Assembly (NCBI GenBank): GCA_015232405.1
Contig: JADFZS010000002.1
Span: forward strand, 11,448-75,447
From: Magnetococcales bacterium
GTDB taxonomy: Bacteria > Pseudomonadota > Magnetococcia > Magnetococcales > JADFYX01
DNA: 64,000 nt
Direction: 5' to 3'
Shown: positions 38,881 through 47,305 of the stretch, piece after piece
Position numbering within the stretch: the stretch's first letter is position 1
Layout of the letters: every line of letters begins with the position of its first letter
Made by a program: the position numbers and the translations under genes
The notes under the pieces: model-generated
What the model was told of the DNA's origin: nothing
The model's database searches: none
What the model saw: the letters and a program-made list of their open reading frames with translations, nothing else

Positions 38881-38942
38881 CCATTTGGTTTTGATGGGGT
38901 GGAGTAAACCCTTTTGCTAAATATTTTTTTTGGAAATAAATA

Positions 38943-39365
38943 ATGATCGTTATTAACGGGAAGTTGCAAATTCCCGAATCAGAAATACAATTTGATTTTG
39001 TCAGCTGTTCTGGTCCCGGTGGGCAAAATGTAAACAAGGTATCCTCAGGGGTACAGTTGCGTTTTAATATTTTTAAAAACAAATCTCTACCAAAAGATAC
39101 GAAAGAGCGAGTTATCCGCCTTGCCAAAAGACGGGTTAACGCCAACGGAACACTGATAATTGATGCCCACCAACACAGAACTCAAAACCGTAATAAACAA
39201 GATGCTTTAGAGCGGTTGCTCCAGCTATTACACAGAGCTACAATAAAACCTAAAAAAAGGGTAAAAACCCGCCCAACCAAAGCTTCTGTAACAAGAAGGT
39301 TGGATTCAAAAAAACGCAATTCCAGATTAAAAAAAATGCGTAGTGGGGGAACAGATGATTGGTAA
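38943..39365 (+). CDS. arfB: Alternative ribosome-rescue factor ArfB (peptidyl-tRNA hydrolase, GGQ class)
   Basis: 140 aa. Contains SGPGGQNVNKVSS and a basic C-terminal tail. Confidence 0.9.
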   Translation: MIVINGKLQIPESEIQFDFVSCSGPGGQNVNKVSSGVQLRFNIFKNKSLPKDTKERVIRLAKRRVNANGTLIIDAHQHRTQNRNKQDALERLLQLLHRATIKPKKRVKTRPTKASVTRRLDSKKRNSRLKKMRSGGTDDW

Positions 39366-39374
39366 TAAAAATTA

Positions 39375-41579
39375 ATGAAAACCAGAAAAGCGTGGAAAAA
39401 AGAGGGGCGACGGATACCCCAAGGAGTGCAGCCAGCCCAGATTGAGGAGTTTGAAGGGCATCATGGTAGGCGGCTGTTCACCTATGAACAGACTGTTTCT
39501 GAAGATGAATATCTTATTTCACAGGCCAAAGTAATAAAAGGACACTGTGACGAGTGGGGTCAAGAGTGGTATGAACTGGAAAATGTCAGGCTGCAAGAGT
39601 TTATTGACAACCTGCCAAACTTGAATGGTCCCCAAGCAGAAGATGGCTGGCTTGAGCTGATCCGTGATCGTGAACGGCTGATAGATAGACATTTAACACT
39701 GGCAGTTAAAGCAAAAAAACTAGATATTGAGCTGCCTGAGGCGACGATGGTTCTCTGGCGACAGGGGATGGTCCTGTTTAATGAGCATCGGTTTTTTGCT
39801 GCCATGGCTGAGGCTGGGGTGGAGAATGAACCTCTAGCACGACAGATAGATAAAAAGCTGATAAGTGAAGAGGTTAATGTAAAGTCAGAACTTCATCCTG
39901 CACCTTTTTGGAAATATTTTGGTCGTTTTCATAAAGAAATTGAGACCATAAGCTTTGAGTTGGAGGTGGCAGAAGCCACACGAATTAGTCAATTTCATGC
40001 TCTGTTTCCTGCCAGGGCGTCACAACGGCAGTTCACCCTATATCTGGGACCCACCAACTCTGGCAAGACCTACCAAGCACTACAGAGATTAAGAAATGCT
40101 GCTACAGGAGTATATCTAGCCCCACTAAGATTGTTGGCTCTTGAGGTTTCTGAGACACTGCTGGAGTGGAGTGTACCATGCAGTATGATAACTGGTGAAG
40201 AGAGAATTGAGGTTGAAGGAGCCAGCCATACAGCAAGCACCATCGAGATGTTATCTCTACACAAAAAGTATGATGTTTGTGTGATAGATGAAGCACAAAT
40301 GTTGGGTGATTCTGATCGGGGTTGGGCCTGGACCCAGGCCATATTGGGGGTGCAAGCCAACGAAGTTTGCGTAATTGCCGCTCCTGAAGCCCGTCCTGCC
40401 ATTGAAAAACTGCTTAAACTCACTGGGGATCCTTTTGAGGTGGTGGAGCTTGATAGATTATCTCCTTTAAAATTGATGAACAGCCCCACAAAAGGTTTTA
40501 ACGATCTTGAACATGGAACGGCAATAGTGGCCTTTTCCCGTTCTGGTGTGCTTGCTTTAAAAGGTGAAATGGAGAAGAAAACAGGGGAGAGGGTGGCGGT
40601 TTTGTATGGAGCACTACCCCCGGAGGTACGCCGCTTTCAGGCCAAAATGTTTGCCAGTGGTGATGCGCCATATCTTGTGGCTACCGATGCCATTGGTATG
40701 GGGCTTAATCTACCCATAAAAACCCTTCTGTTTTCACAAGATGCCAAATTCTATAACCATAAAGAGCATCCGTTAACCCCTATGGAGGTGCGGCAAATAG
40801 GGGGAAGAGCAGGTCGCTTTGGCAAAAATGAGATTGGCTATATAGGCTCTTTTCGTATTGGTATGAGCAACATAGCCAGTACATTTACCGCTACGCCAGC
40901 TACGATTAAACGTGCTCATTTGGCTCCTAATTTAGAGCACCTGCAATCCATATCCCAGCTTGCCAATACTAAACGTACGCAGTTAGCCAGACTTTTGTTT
41001 CTATTTTCAAAATCGGTAAAACCGGACCCATCTGTTTATAAACTGGCAGATCTGGACGATCAAATTGTCTTGGCCAGGGTGACAGACCGCTATCGTAATC
41101 TGGATCTTGCAACTCGCTTTGTGCTGTCTGCTGCCCCTGTACCACTAAGGGCGACGGCAGCGGTCACAGCTTATGAACGCATGGTGGCAGCGGTTGCGCA
41201 AAAGCGTAAACTACATCTCTCAAAAGTCATGCCTGAGTTTACCCAAAGAGAGCGCGGCCGACTATCTTTACTTGAGACAGCAACAAAAATTGTAAATCTC
41301 TATTCATGGTTGCACTATCGCTTTGCAGAGCTTTTACCAGATATTGATCAAGCGATAAATTTACGTCGGGAGTTAAACCAGCAGATCAATGTGATTTTAG
41401 GCAGACAGGGTCCCCAAGACCGCCACTGTACGAGCTGTTCCCATGTATTACCAGAGGGTTACAGATTTAATATTTGTGATAAATGTTATAAAAAAGGCGG
41501 AGGATTTGGCAAACGCTCGTATCAAAGGGGTAACAAAGGGCGATATAGAGATACAAGGCGTGGTGGTAGGCGTGGGTAA
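39375..41579 (+). CDS. SUV3-like superfamily-2 RNA helicase with a C-terminal Cys4 zinc finger and an RGG-rich tail
   Basis: Contains LGPTNSGKTYQALQRL, VIDEAQML, ATDAIGMGLNL and QIGGRAGRFG. The C-terminus is CTSCSH...CDKC followed by RGGRRG. Confidence 0.8.
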   Translation: MKTRKAWKKEGRRIPQGVQPAQIEEFEGHHGRRLFTYEQTVSEDEYLISQAKVIKGHCDEWGQEWYELENVRLQEFIDNLPNLNGPQAEDGWLELIRDRERLIDRHLTLAVKAKKLDIELPEATMVLWRQGMVLFNEHRFFAAMAEAGVENEPLARQIDKKLISEEVNVKSELHPAPFWKYFGRFHKEIETISFELEVAEATRISQFHALFPARASQRQFTLYLGPTNSGKTYQALQRLRNAATGVYLAPLRLLALEVSETLLEWSVPCSMITGEERIEVEGASHTASTIEMLSLHKKYDVCVIDEAQMLGDSDRGWAWTQAILGVQANEVCVIAAPEARPAIEKLLKLTGDPFEVVELDRLSPLKLMNSPTKGFNDLEHGTAIVAFSRSGVLALKGEMEKKTGERVAVLYGALPPEVRRFQAKMFASGDAPYLVATDAIGMGLNLPIKTLLFSQDAKFYNHKEHPLTPMEVRQIGGRAGRFGKNEIGYIGSFRIGMSNIASTFTATPATIKRAHLAPNLEHLQSISQLANTKRTQLARLLFLFSKSVKPDPSVYKLADLDDQIVLARVTDRYRNLDLATRFVLSAAPVPLRATAAVTAYERMVAAVAQKRKLHLSKVMPEFTQRERGRLSLLETATKIVNLYSWLHYRFAELLPDIDQAINLRRELNQQINVILGRQGPQDRHCTSCSHVLPEGYRFNICDKCYKKGGGFGKRSYQRGNKGRYRDTRRGGRRG

Positions 41580-41645
41580 TAGATTAATTGCGGTTTGTGG
41601 CTATTATTCAAGTTAAATTAAGCAGTTTATTTACACAGGTAAAAA

Positions 41646-42332
41646 ATGCTGAACTTCCGTTTTATAGTAGTGTTTTGCCTGGCATCAGCTCTGGCTCTGT
41701 TTTTGAACTATCAACTACATGGTGATCTTCTATCCGATGGTTCCAGGGACCGTCTGGGTTATGCTTTAGGCTCTATTTTGATTTTAAGCTGGTTGTTTTC
41801 ATCTAATAGAGGTGGCAGAAGTTTTAAAAAGATAAAACTGTTTGTTAGCTGGCTGCTTTTTCTTTTTGTAATTATTGCACTTTATAGTTACCGTGGCGAG
41901 TTGGGCGGTGTGAAAAATCGGGTAGTCGCAGCAATAATTCCCCAAGCTGGCTATACAACAGAACCCGGATCAATGAGTTTCTATCGCTCTTCAAACGGTC
42001 ATTTTCATATAGAAGCAATTGTGAATGGCAAAAAGGTACGTTTTTTGGTTGATACAGGTGCGAGTGATGTGGTTATTGCTCCCCATGTGGCTAGATATTT
42101 GGGTTTTGATTTAAATAAAAATGATTTTACCAAGGTCTATTATACCGCAAATGGTATGGGAAAGGGTGCTCCGGTTTTTTTACGTAAGTTTGAAGTTGGC
42201 AAACTTTCACTGCAAAATCTGCCAGCAAGTGTAAATGGTGCTGAGATGAAAACATCGCTATTGGGGATGCGCTTTTTCAACCGATTAAAGAGTTTTAAAG
42301 TTGAAGGAGAGGTGCTTACCCTTTACTGGTGA
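41646..42332 (+). CDS. Membrane-anchored retropepsin-like (clan AA, TIGR02281-type) aspartic protease
   Basis: N-terminal TM helices, then HFHIEAIVNGKKVRFLVDTGASDVVI. Confidence 0.8.
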   Translation: MLNFRFIVVFCLASALALFLNYQLHGDLLSDGSRDRLGYALGSILILSWLFSSNRGGRSFKKIKLFVSWLLFLFVIIALYSYRGELGGVKNRVVAAIIPQAGYTTEPGSMSFYRSSNGHFHIEAIVNGKKVRFLVDTGASDVVIAPHVARYLGFDLNKNDFTKVYYTANGMGKGAPVFLRKFEVGKLSLQNLPASVNGAEMKTSLLGMRFFNRLKSFKVEGEVLTLYW

Positions 42333-42334
42333 TA

Positions 42335-42805
42335 TCACTCTTTTGCTGGTAGGCAGCATTTTTCCAAATTATCCATAAAATATACCACCTTCCAACCATC
42401 TTCATGGCGTTTAAGTGTGACATCTTGCCTGTGGGGTAGGGTGGCGAGATCTTCTGATCCTGCAATGCTGTTTCGGGCCAAAAGCACCCCCATGATATTT
42501 ACCTCATCTTGTTGTTCTGAAATGGTATTACCCACTATCAGTATCTCTATCTTTTTGGGTATGGGGCCGGATTTACCTTTGCTTACCAGATACTGCTTGC
42601 GCCTGACAACTCGTAAAGCCTTGCCAGAAGCGTATGTTTTGGCTCTCTCTAGGTTTTCCATAATCATTGCTGTGGCAAACTGCTTGTAGGTAGCAACAGC
42701 GTTTATTATATTTAACGAACTGGTATCAGCATGCAATCTGGTAACCGGGAACAATGATATAACCACCATCAACACGATAGTCCAAACTAGATATCTATCT
42801 TTCAT
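42335..42805 (-). CDS. Secreted hypothetical protein (possibly NTF2-like fold)
   Basis: Signal-peptide-like N-terminus MKDRYLVWTIVLMVVISLFPVTRLHA. I recognise no family motif. Confidence 0.5.
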   Translation of the reverse strand: MKDRYLVWTIVLMVVISLFPVTRLHADTSSLNIINAVATYKQFATAMIMENLERAKTYASGKALRVVRRKQYLVSKGKSGPIPKKIEILIVGNTISEQQDEVNIMGVLLARNSIAGSEDLATLPHRQDVTLKRHEDGWKVVYFMDNLEKCCLPAKE

Positions 42806-42840
42806 GAATGAACCTTTAATCTAGGTTTAATATGGAGGAG

Positions 42841-43452
42841 CTATCTGTTGAGCTGTTTTTCAATTTTATCCCTCACCATTTTTATATCAGGAGCATGACC
42901 AAAAACCTCTAAAATTCTTCCTTGGGGATCCACAAAAAAGGTGTTTGAGGAGTGATCAACAGAGTAGTCTGTACTATCTTCTGGGTTGATTTCTGCTTTG
43001 GCAAAATAGACCCCAAAGGTTTTTGCTGCTCGACTTGCCTCTGCTACTGTACCCGTTAGTCCCAGCAGTCGTGGGTGGAACATGTCGGTATACTCTTTTA
43101 TATACTCCACACTGTCACGTTGGGGATCGATTGAGATAAAAAGAGGTATAATTTTGTTAAGAGATTTTTTGCTAAGACCATCCAATACCTGTGCAATAAT
43201 ACCAAGGCTGGTGGGACAGATATCCGGGCAGTAGGTATAACCAAAATATATCAATAAATATTGGCCCCGGTAGCCTTTCAAGGTGACTTTTTTTCCTGTT
43301 TCGTCAACCAGGGAAAAACCACCTTTTATGGGCATTGGTTTTCTGTTGCCAGCTTCGGCAGCTTGGGTATTTGCGATAAAAAGTGCAATAACAAAAAAAG
43401 TTAACCTGATAAAATTGCGGTAAAAAAGTGGCATAGTATTCATAGCAGACAC
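42841..43452 (-). CDS. SCO1/SenC copper chaperone (thioredoxin fold)
   Basis: Contains YFGYTYCPDICP, with a later His in VDHSSNTFFVDPQG. An N-terminal membrane anchor is present. Confidence 0.88.
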   Translation of the reverse strand: MSAMNTMPLFYRNFIRLTFFVIALFIANTQAAEAGNRKPMPIKGGFSLVDETGKKVTLKGYRGQYLLIYFGYTYCPDICPTSLGIIAQVLDGLSKKSLNKIIPLFISIDPQRDSVEYIKEYTDMFHPRLLGLTGTVAEASRAAKTFGVYFAKAEINPEDSTDYSVDHSSNTFFVDPQGRILEVFGHAPDIKMVRDKIEKQLNR

Positions 43453-43464
43453 TTGATTTTGATT

Positions 43465-43514
43465 AAAAAAAAATGGCTGATACTTAACTTGCGGGGACAG
43501 GTTTAGTATCAGCC
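43465..43514 (-). terminator. Hairpin plus T9 between the PCuAC and SCO1 genes (minus strand)
   Basis: On the minus strand, GGCTGATACT-21 nt loop-AGTATCAGCC is followed by nine T. Confidence 0.6.
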
Positions 43515-43590
43515 GAAAAAGAAGTCAAAAGTGATGAAATGGAGGGACCACATGCAACACTTTAACTTCCTAAGCTTGGGTGTTGATTTT

Positions 43591-44109
43591 TCAATGCATT
43601 TTATGCACGTCACCCATTTTATGCGTACCCCCCATGGCTCCCGCAGCTTTTACCTCGACTTCCACTTCAACTTTACCTGCGTTTTTAAACTCTAGGGTTA
43701 CAGGAAGTTTATCACCCAAATTAAGTTTGCGTTTTAAGTTGATAAACATAACATGATCACCACCGGGTTTTAGGGCGACCATCTCCCCTTTTGGGATATC
43801 AATATGCTCAACTTTGCGCATCCGCATGATACCGTTATCGTGGATGTGGGTGTGTAGTTCAGTAAATTTTGCAATTTCGGAACTAGCAGAAATAAGTCTA
43901 TCATTGTCCATACTGTGATTTGTTATGGTCATAAAAGCTGCACCAGCCTTAGCCATTCGAGCAGATGCCCGCGCCCATGGTTTTTGGACCATTATTTTTT
44001 TGCTGATGGAGGTCTCACCATCAGCCATCTTATGAACTGTGGATTGGCATCCGCCCAAGCCTAGAATAGCTACGACAGCCAGTGTAGTGAATAATCGAGT
44101 CTGTTTCAT
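43591..44109 (-). CDS. PCu(A)C-type periplasmic copper chaperone (DUF461) with a His/Met-rich tail
   Basis: Lipoprotein-like signal LAVVAILGLGGC. Contains AFMTITN, MRMRKV, LKPGGDHVMF and the tail MGGTHKMGDVHKMH. Confidence 0.8.
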   Translation of the reverse strand: MKQTRLFTTLAVVAILGLGGCQSTVHKMADGETSISKKIMVQKPWARASARMAKAGAAFMTITNHSMDNDRLISASSEIAKFTELHTHIHDNGIMRMRKVEHIDIPKGEMVALKPGGDHVMFINLKRKLNLGDKLPVTLEFKNAGKVEVEVEVKAAGAMGGTHKMGDVHKMH

Positions 44110-44226
44110 TATTATGGGATTTCCTTAGCATTTCATTTACTATATATCTTCTGCCTATATATCATGTTTTGTGCCAATAATAATTTGTTGTATATTCAAC
44201 GTTTTATAATTAAATAAACAAAATTC

Positions 44227-44268
44227 ACTGTGTGATATAACACAGTTAAATGTGTCATATCACACAGT
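44227..44268. promoter_or_regulatory. 42-bp nested near-perfect palindrome upstream of the PCuAC-SCO1 genes (candidate operator or RNA hairpin)
   Basis: ACTGTGTGATAT-a-ACACA-gttaaa-TGTGT-c-ATATCACACAGT. ACACAGTTAAA also occurs twice as a direct repeat. Confidence 0.4.
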
Positions 44269-44280
44269 TAAAAATTGGCA

Positions 44281-44324
44281 AAAAAAAAGCCCCTGAGAAA
44301 ATTAATTCTTAGGGGCTTTTTTTT
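44281..44324. terminator. Bidirectional intrinsic terminator downstream of the cold-shock gene
   Basis: A8 run, then GCCCCTGAGAA...TTCTTAGGGGC, then T8 run. Confidence 0.85.
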
Positions 44325-44339
44325 ATAATTAGGTCTGAT

Positions 44340-44552
44340 TTAGATTTTTACAACTCCATCAGCTTTTGGACCTTTTTCTCCTTGGGCTACACCAAACTCA
44401 ACCCGTTGGCCTTCAGCTAGAGTTTTAAATCCATCACCCTCAATGCTTGTGTGATGAACAAATACATCGCCTTTACCGTCGTCACGCTCAATAAAGCCAA
44501 ATCCTTTGCTATCGTTAAACCACTTTACAGTCCCATTCTCACGATCTGCCAT
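44340..44552 (-). CDS. Cold-shock protein (CspA family)
   Basis: Begins [22 protein letters not shown], then VFVHHTSI. The start is taken at ATG 44552 rather than the tracked GTG 44567. Confidence 0.92.
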   Translation of the reverse strand: MADRENGTVKWFNDSKGFGFIERDDGKGDVFVHHTSIEGDGFKTLAEGQRVEFGVAQGEKGPKADGVVKI

Positions 44553-44670
44553 TGAAATTTTCCCCACATAAAAAGAATAAAAAAGAAGTTAAACAATTTA
44601 GCAGAACGTCTACTAACAACAGACAAAGTCAAGGCTGTAACACACGTGACTGCAAACTTGTTTCTCAGCT

Positions 44671-44698
44671 TTTATCACTTACTGCAAAGATTTGTCAA
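44671..44698 (-). promoter_or_regulatory. Candidate sigma70 promoter giving a long (~120 nt) csp 5' UTR
   Basis: On the minus strand, TTGACA-N16-GATAAA. Long 5' UTRs are typical of cspA-type genes. Sequence match only. Confidence 0.3.
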
Positions 44699-44748
44699 TA
44701 GAAATGTGATCTGAGAGCAAAACTTTCTTTAATTATTTGTTCCTTTTA

Positions 44749-45060
44749 TTACATTGATAAACGTAGACGCTCAACTGGCTTGTCGTTTAATAAATGTTGG
44801 TCAAATATATCATTTACATCTTCAGGCTTAACCCCTTTGTACCAAACACCTTCGGGGTAGACAACCATGACTGGTCCTTGATCACAAGGGCCCATGCAAA
44901 AAGTGCCAGTGACTTGAATTTTACCAAATAGGTCACGTTTTTCCATCTCACCCATCATTGCTTCATATAAACTAGAAGCACCAACACTACCACATGAACC
45001 ACGTGGATGTCCCTCTGGACGTTGATTCATACAGACAAATACATGATGTTTTGGATTCAC
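44749..45060 (-). CDS. Thioredoxin-like [2Fe-2S] ferredoxin
   Basis: 103 aa. Contains HVFVCMNQRPEGHPRGSCG...GTFCMGPCDQGPVMVVYPEGVWY. Confidence 0.8.
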   Translation of the reverse strand: MNPKHHVFVCMNQRPEGHPRGSCGSVGASSLYEAMMGEMEKRDLFGKIQVTGTFCMGPCDQGPVMVVYPEGVWYKGVKPEDVNDIFDQHLLNDKPVERLRLSM

Positions 45061-45120
45061 GAAATTGTTCCTTTTCTAATTAAAATGAATAATCCGGATA
45101 AGATAGTTATTTTATACCTG

Positions 45121-45510
45121 TTATGCAACGGTAACTTCAACAGGGTCACACTCCCAAAGACCATGTTTTGTGCAGTAAGATAGAGCGGTCAAACGTAGTT
45201 TTGAACCACTAGGAATAACATTAAAAGTAACCTCTGCTTGGCTTTTCTGTCCTTGACCACCCATAGTGCCAGAAACAAAATTAGCTTCTGCTAATAGGGT
45301 TGCACCATTGAATAGCTGCATGGATTTAATAAAATGATCTGTATCGTCAGGGTGGCTATACTCTTGTCCCATGCGAACTGTTACAGGAAACTTCTCTCCA
45401 GCTTTTGCCTCTGTAGCACACTCAATGAAAGGTGAGTGGCGGTCGATATAGTCCTTTTTTGCCTCTTTATCTACTTCAGAAATATCTACATAGCGGTTAA
45501 TTTTTGGCAT
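45121..45510 (-). CDS. Superoxide reductase (neelaredoxin/desulfoferrodoxin centre-II family)
   Basis: 129 aa. Candidate Fe ligands lie in DRHSPFIE, YSHPDDTDHFI and YCTKHGLWE. Confidence 0.75.
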   Translation of the reverse strand: MPKINRYVDISEVDKEAKKDYIDRHSPFIECATEAKAGEKFPVTVRMGQEYSHPDDTDHFIKSMQLFNGATLLAEANFVSGTMGGQGQKSQAEVTFNVIPSGSKLRLTALSYCTKHGLWECDPVEVTVA

Positions 45511-45561
45511 TGTTCGTTCTCCAGTTGATTGTATATTGGTTCTGTAACTTAAAATAAAAAA

Positions 45562-46161
45562 TTAAAGATCAACCGCGTTGGCAGCTAGGTACTCTGCTAC
45601 ACCCTCTGTTGAGCCTTTCATTCCTGGTTTACCCTTGTTCCAGCCAGCAGGACATACTTCGCCATGCTCTTCTGTGAATTGCAGAGCATCAATCATCCGT
45701 AGCATTTCATCAATATTACGGCCCAAAGGTAGATCGTTAACAACTTGGTGACGGACAATACCCTCTTTGTCAATTAAAAAGGAGCCACGTAGAGCGATGC
45801 CAGGGCCAAAGTATAGATCATAATCTTTGGTTATCTCTTTAGAAATATCAGCAACTAAAGGATACTGAACATCACCGATACCACCATCATTAATGGCAGT
45901 TTTTTTCCAGGCGAGGTGAGAAAAATGAGAGTCGATAGAGACACCAATAACCTCAACACCACGATCTTTAAACTCTTGTAGACGGTGGTCAAAAGCGATG
46001 ATTTCTGAAGGACAAACAAATGTAAAGTCTAAGGGATAGAAAAACAGAACAACATATTTTCCTTTGTAGTCGGATAGTTTAAAGTCTGCTTTTATATTGT
46101 TGTCAGGCATAACAGCATTTGCAGTAAAATCTGGTGCAGGTTGGGTAACGAGTACGCTCAT
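45562..46161 (-). CDS. Typical 2-Cys peroxiredoxin (AhpC/Tsa family)
   Basis: Contains FFYPLDFTFVCPSEI and, at the C-terminus, EHGEVCPAGW. Confidence 0.92.
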   Translation of the reverse strand: MSVLVTQPAPDFTANAVMPDNNIKADFKLSDYKGKYVVLFFYPLDFTFVCPSEIIAFDHRLQEFKDRGVEVIGVSIDSHFSHLAWKKTAINDGGIGDVQYPLVADISKEITKDYDLYFGPGIALRGSFLIDKEGIVRHQVVNDLPLGRNIDEMLRMIDALQFTEEHGEVCPAGWNKGKPGMKGSTEGVAEYLAANAVDL

Positions 46162-46603
46162 TATTTGATCTCCATTGAATTAATAGATATGTATATAGAC
46201 GTAGTTTTAACCAGTTTTATAATAACAACTACGTTGTTTAATGTTTAATGATCGGCAATATACATTATTTCCACTTCCAGTCAACAAGAAATAATGATAT
46301 ACAAACAAAAAAGTTGTTGTGCCATCCTTCGTTCTCTGTTTTAATGGGAAAACAAAGAGAATGATACCTTAATTCAGTGCATAAACACTATCAAAAATAT
46401 TAAATTAACAAAACCCAGCTTGGATAATTTTTTGTAAAGTTGGAAATGTGGCATATATTGTTGTTTTGTAAGTAAAAAATGTTAATTGCAGCCAAGTGAA
46501 GAGGTTATCACAAAAGATATTTTTTTTACAGACAACAACAGATTCTAGGGATAAAATCTCTTATCAATAAATTATTTGGCAATACAACAGGAATTTTTTA
46601 CAA

Positions 46604-46840
46604 ATGGAAACAGAAAAACTAAGACAGATAATAGCCGATGGTATGGAGCATGAACATTTGGTACTTAATGGTGACGGTCGCCATTTTGACCTAACAATAG
46701 TAAGTGCTGCTTTTGTTGGACTGAATAGAATTCAACAACATCAGCTGATCTATAAGGTTCTAGGGGATTTAATGAAAGAGGATGTCCACGCCTTGAACAT
46801 GAAGACATTTACCCCTGAAGCCTGGGCAGCAAGAAAATAG
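46604..46840 (+). CDS. BolA-family protein
   Basis: 78 aa. Contains GDGRHFDLTIVSAAFVGLNRIQQHQLIY, then VHALNMKTFTPEAW. Confidence 0.8.
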   Translation: METEKLRQIIADGMEHEHLVLNGDGRHFDLTIVSAAFVGLNRIQQHQLIYKVLGDLMKEDVHALNMKTFTPEAWAARK

Positions 46841-46920
46841 GGAGAATAAAGCTAATAACTATTTTTAGTTATTTTTTTAGCCTCCTCACTTAAAAAATTA
46901 TTTTACAGGAGACCCTTTAG

Positions 46921-47238
46921 ATGGGCGACATTAACGAAAAAATTAAAGAGCAGATAACCAACAATAATATTGTATTATATATGAAGGGTAGCCCGACTTT
47001 TCCCCAGTGCGGTTTTTCAGGGCGTGCAGCAGAACTATTAAAAAGATGTGGAGCCAAAGGCTATTTTTCAGTTGATATTCTGCAAGATTCAGAGATGAGG
47101 GAAGGGATAAAACAGTTTTCCAACTGGCCTACCATTCCCCAACTGTATGTTAAAGGTGAATTTGTTGGTGGCTCTGATATCATGATGGAGATGTTTGAAT
47201 CAGGTGAACTAAAAAAATTGATCGACACTGCTCTGTAA
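46921..47238 (+). CDS. grxD: Monothiol glutaredoxin (Grx4 family)
   Basis: Contains VLYMKGSPTFPQCGFSGRA, then WPTIPQLYVKGEFVGGSDI. Confidence 0.92.
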   Translation: MGDINEKIKEQITNNNIVLYMKGSPTFPQCGFSGRAAELLKRCGAKGYFSVDILQDSEMREGIKQFSNWPTIPQLYVKGEFVGGSDIMMEMFESGELKKLIDTAL

Positions 47239-47265
47239 AACCAAAAAAGTCTTGCAAAACCAATT

Positions 47266-47298
47266 ACAGCTGTAGGAGCCATAGCGCCCTACAGCTGT
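47266..47298. terminator. 11-bp stem hairpin between convergent grxD and batD
   Basis: ACAGCTGTAGG-agccatagcg-CCTACAGCTGT. There is no clear U-tract. Confidence 0.45.
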
Positions 47299-47305
47299 TG
47301 TTCCA

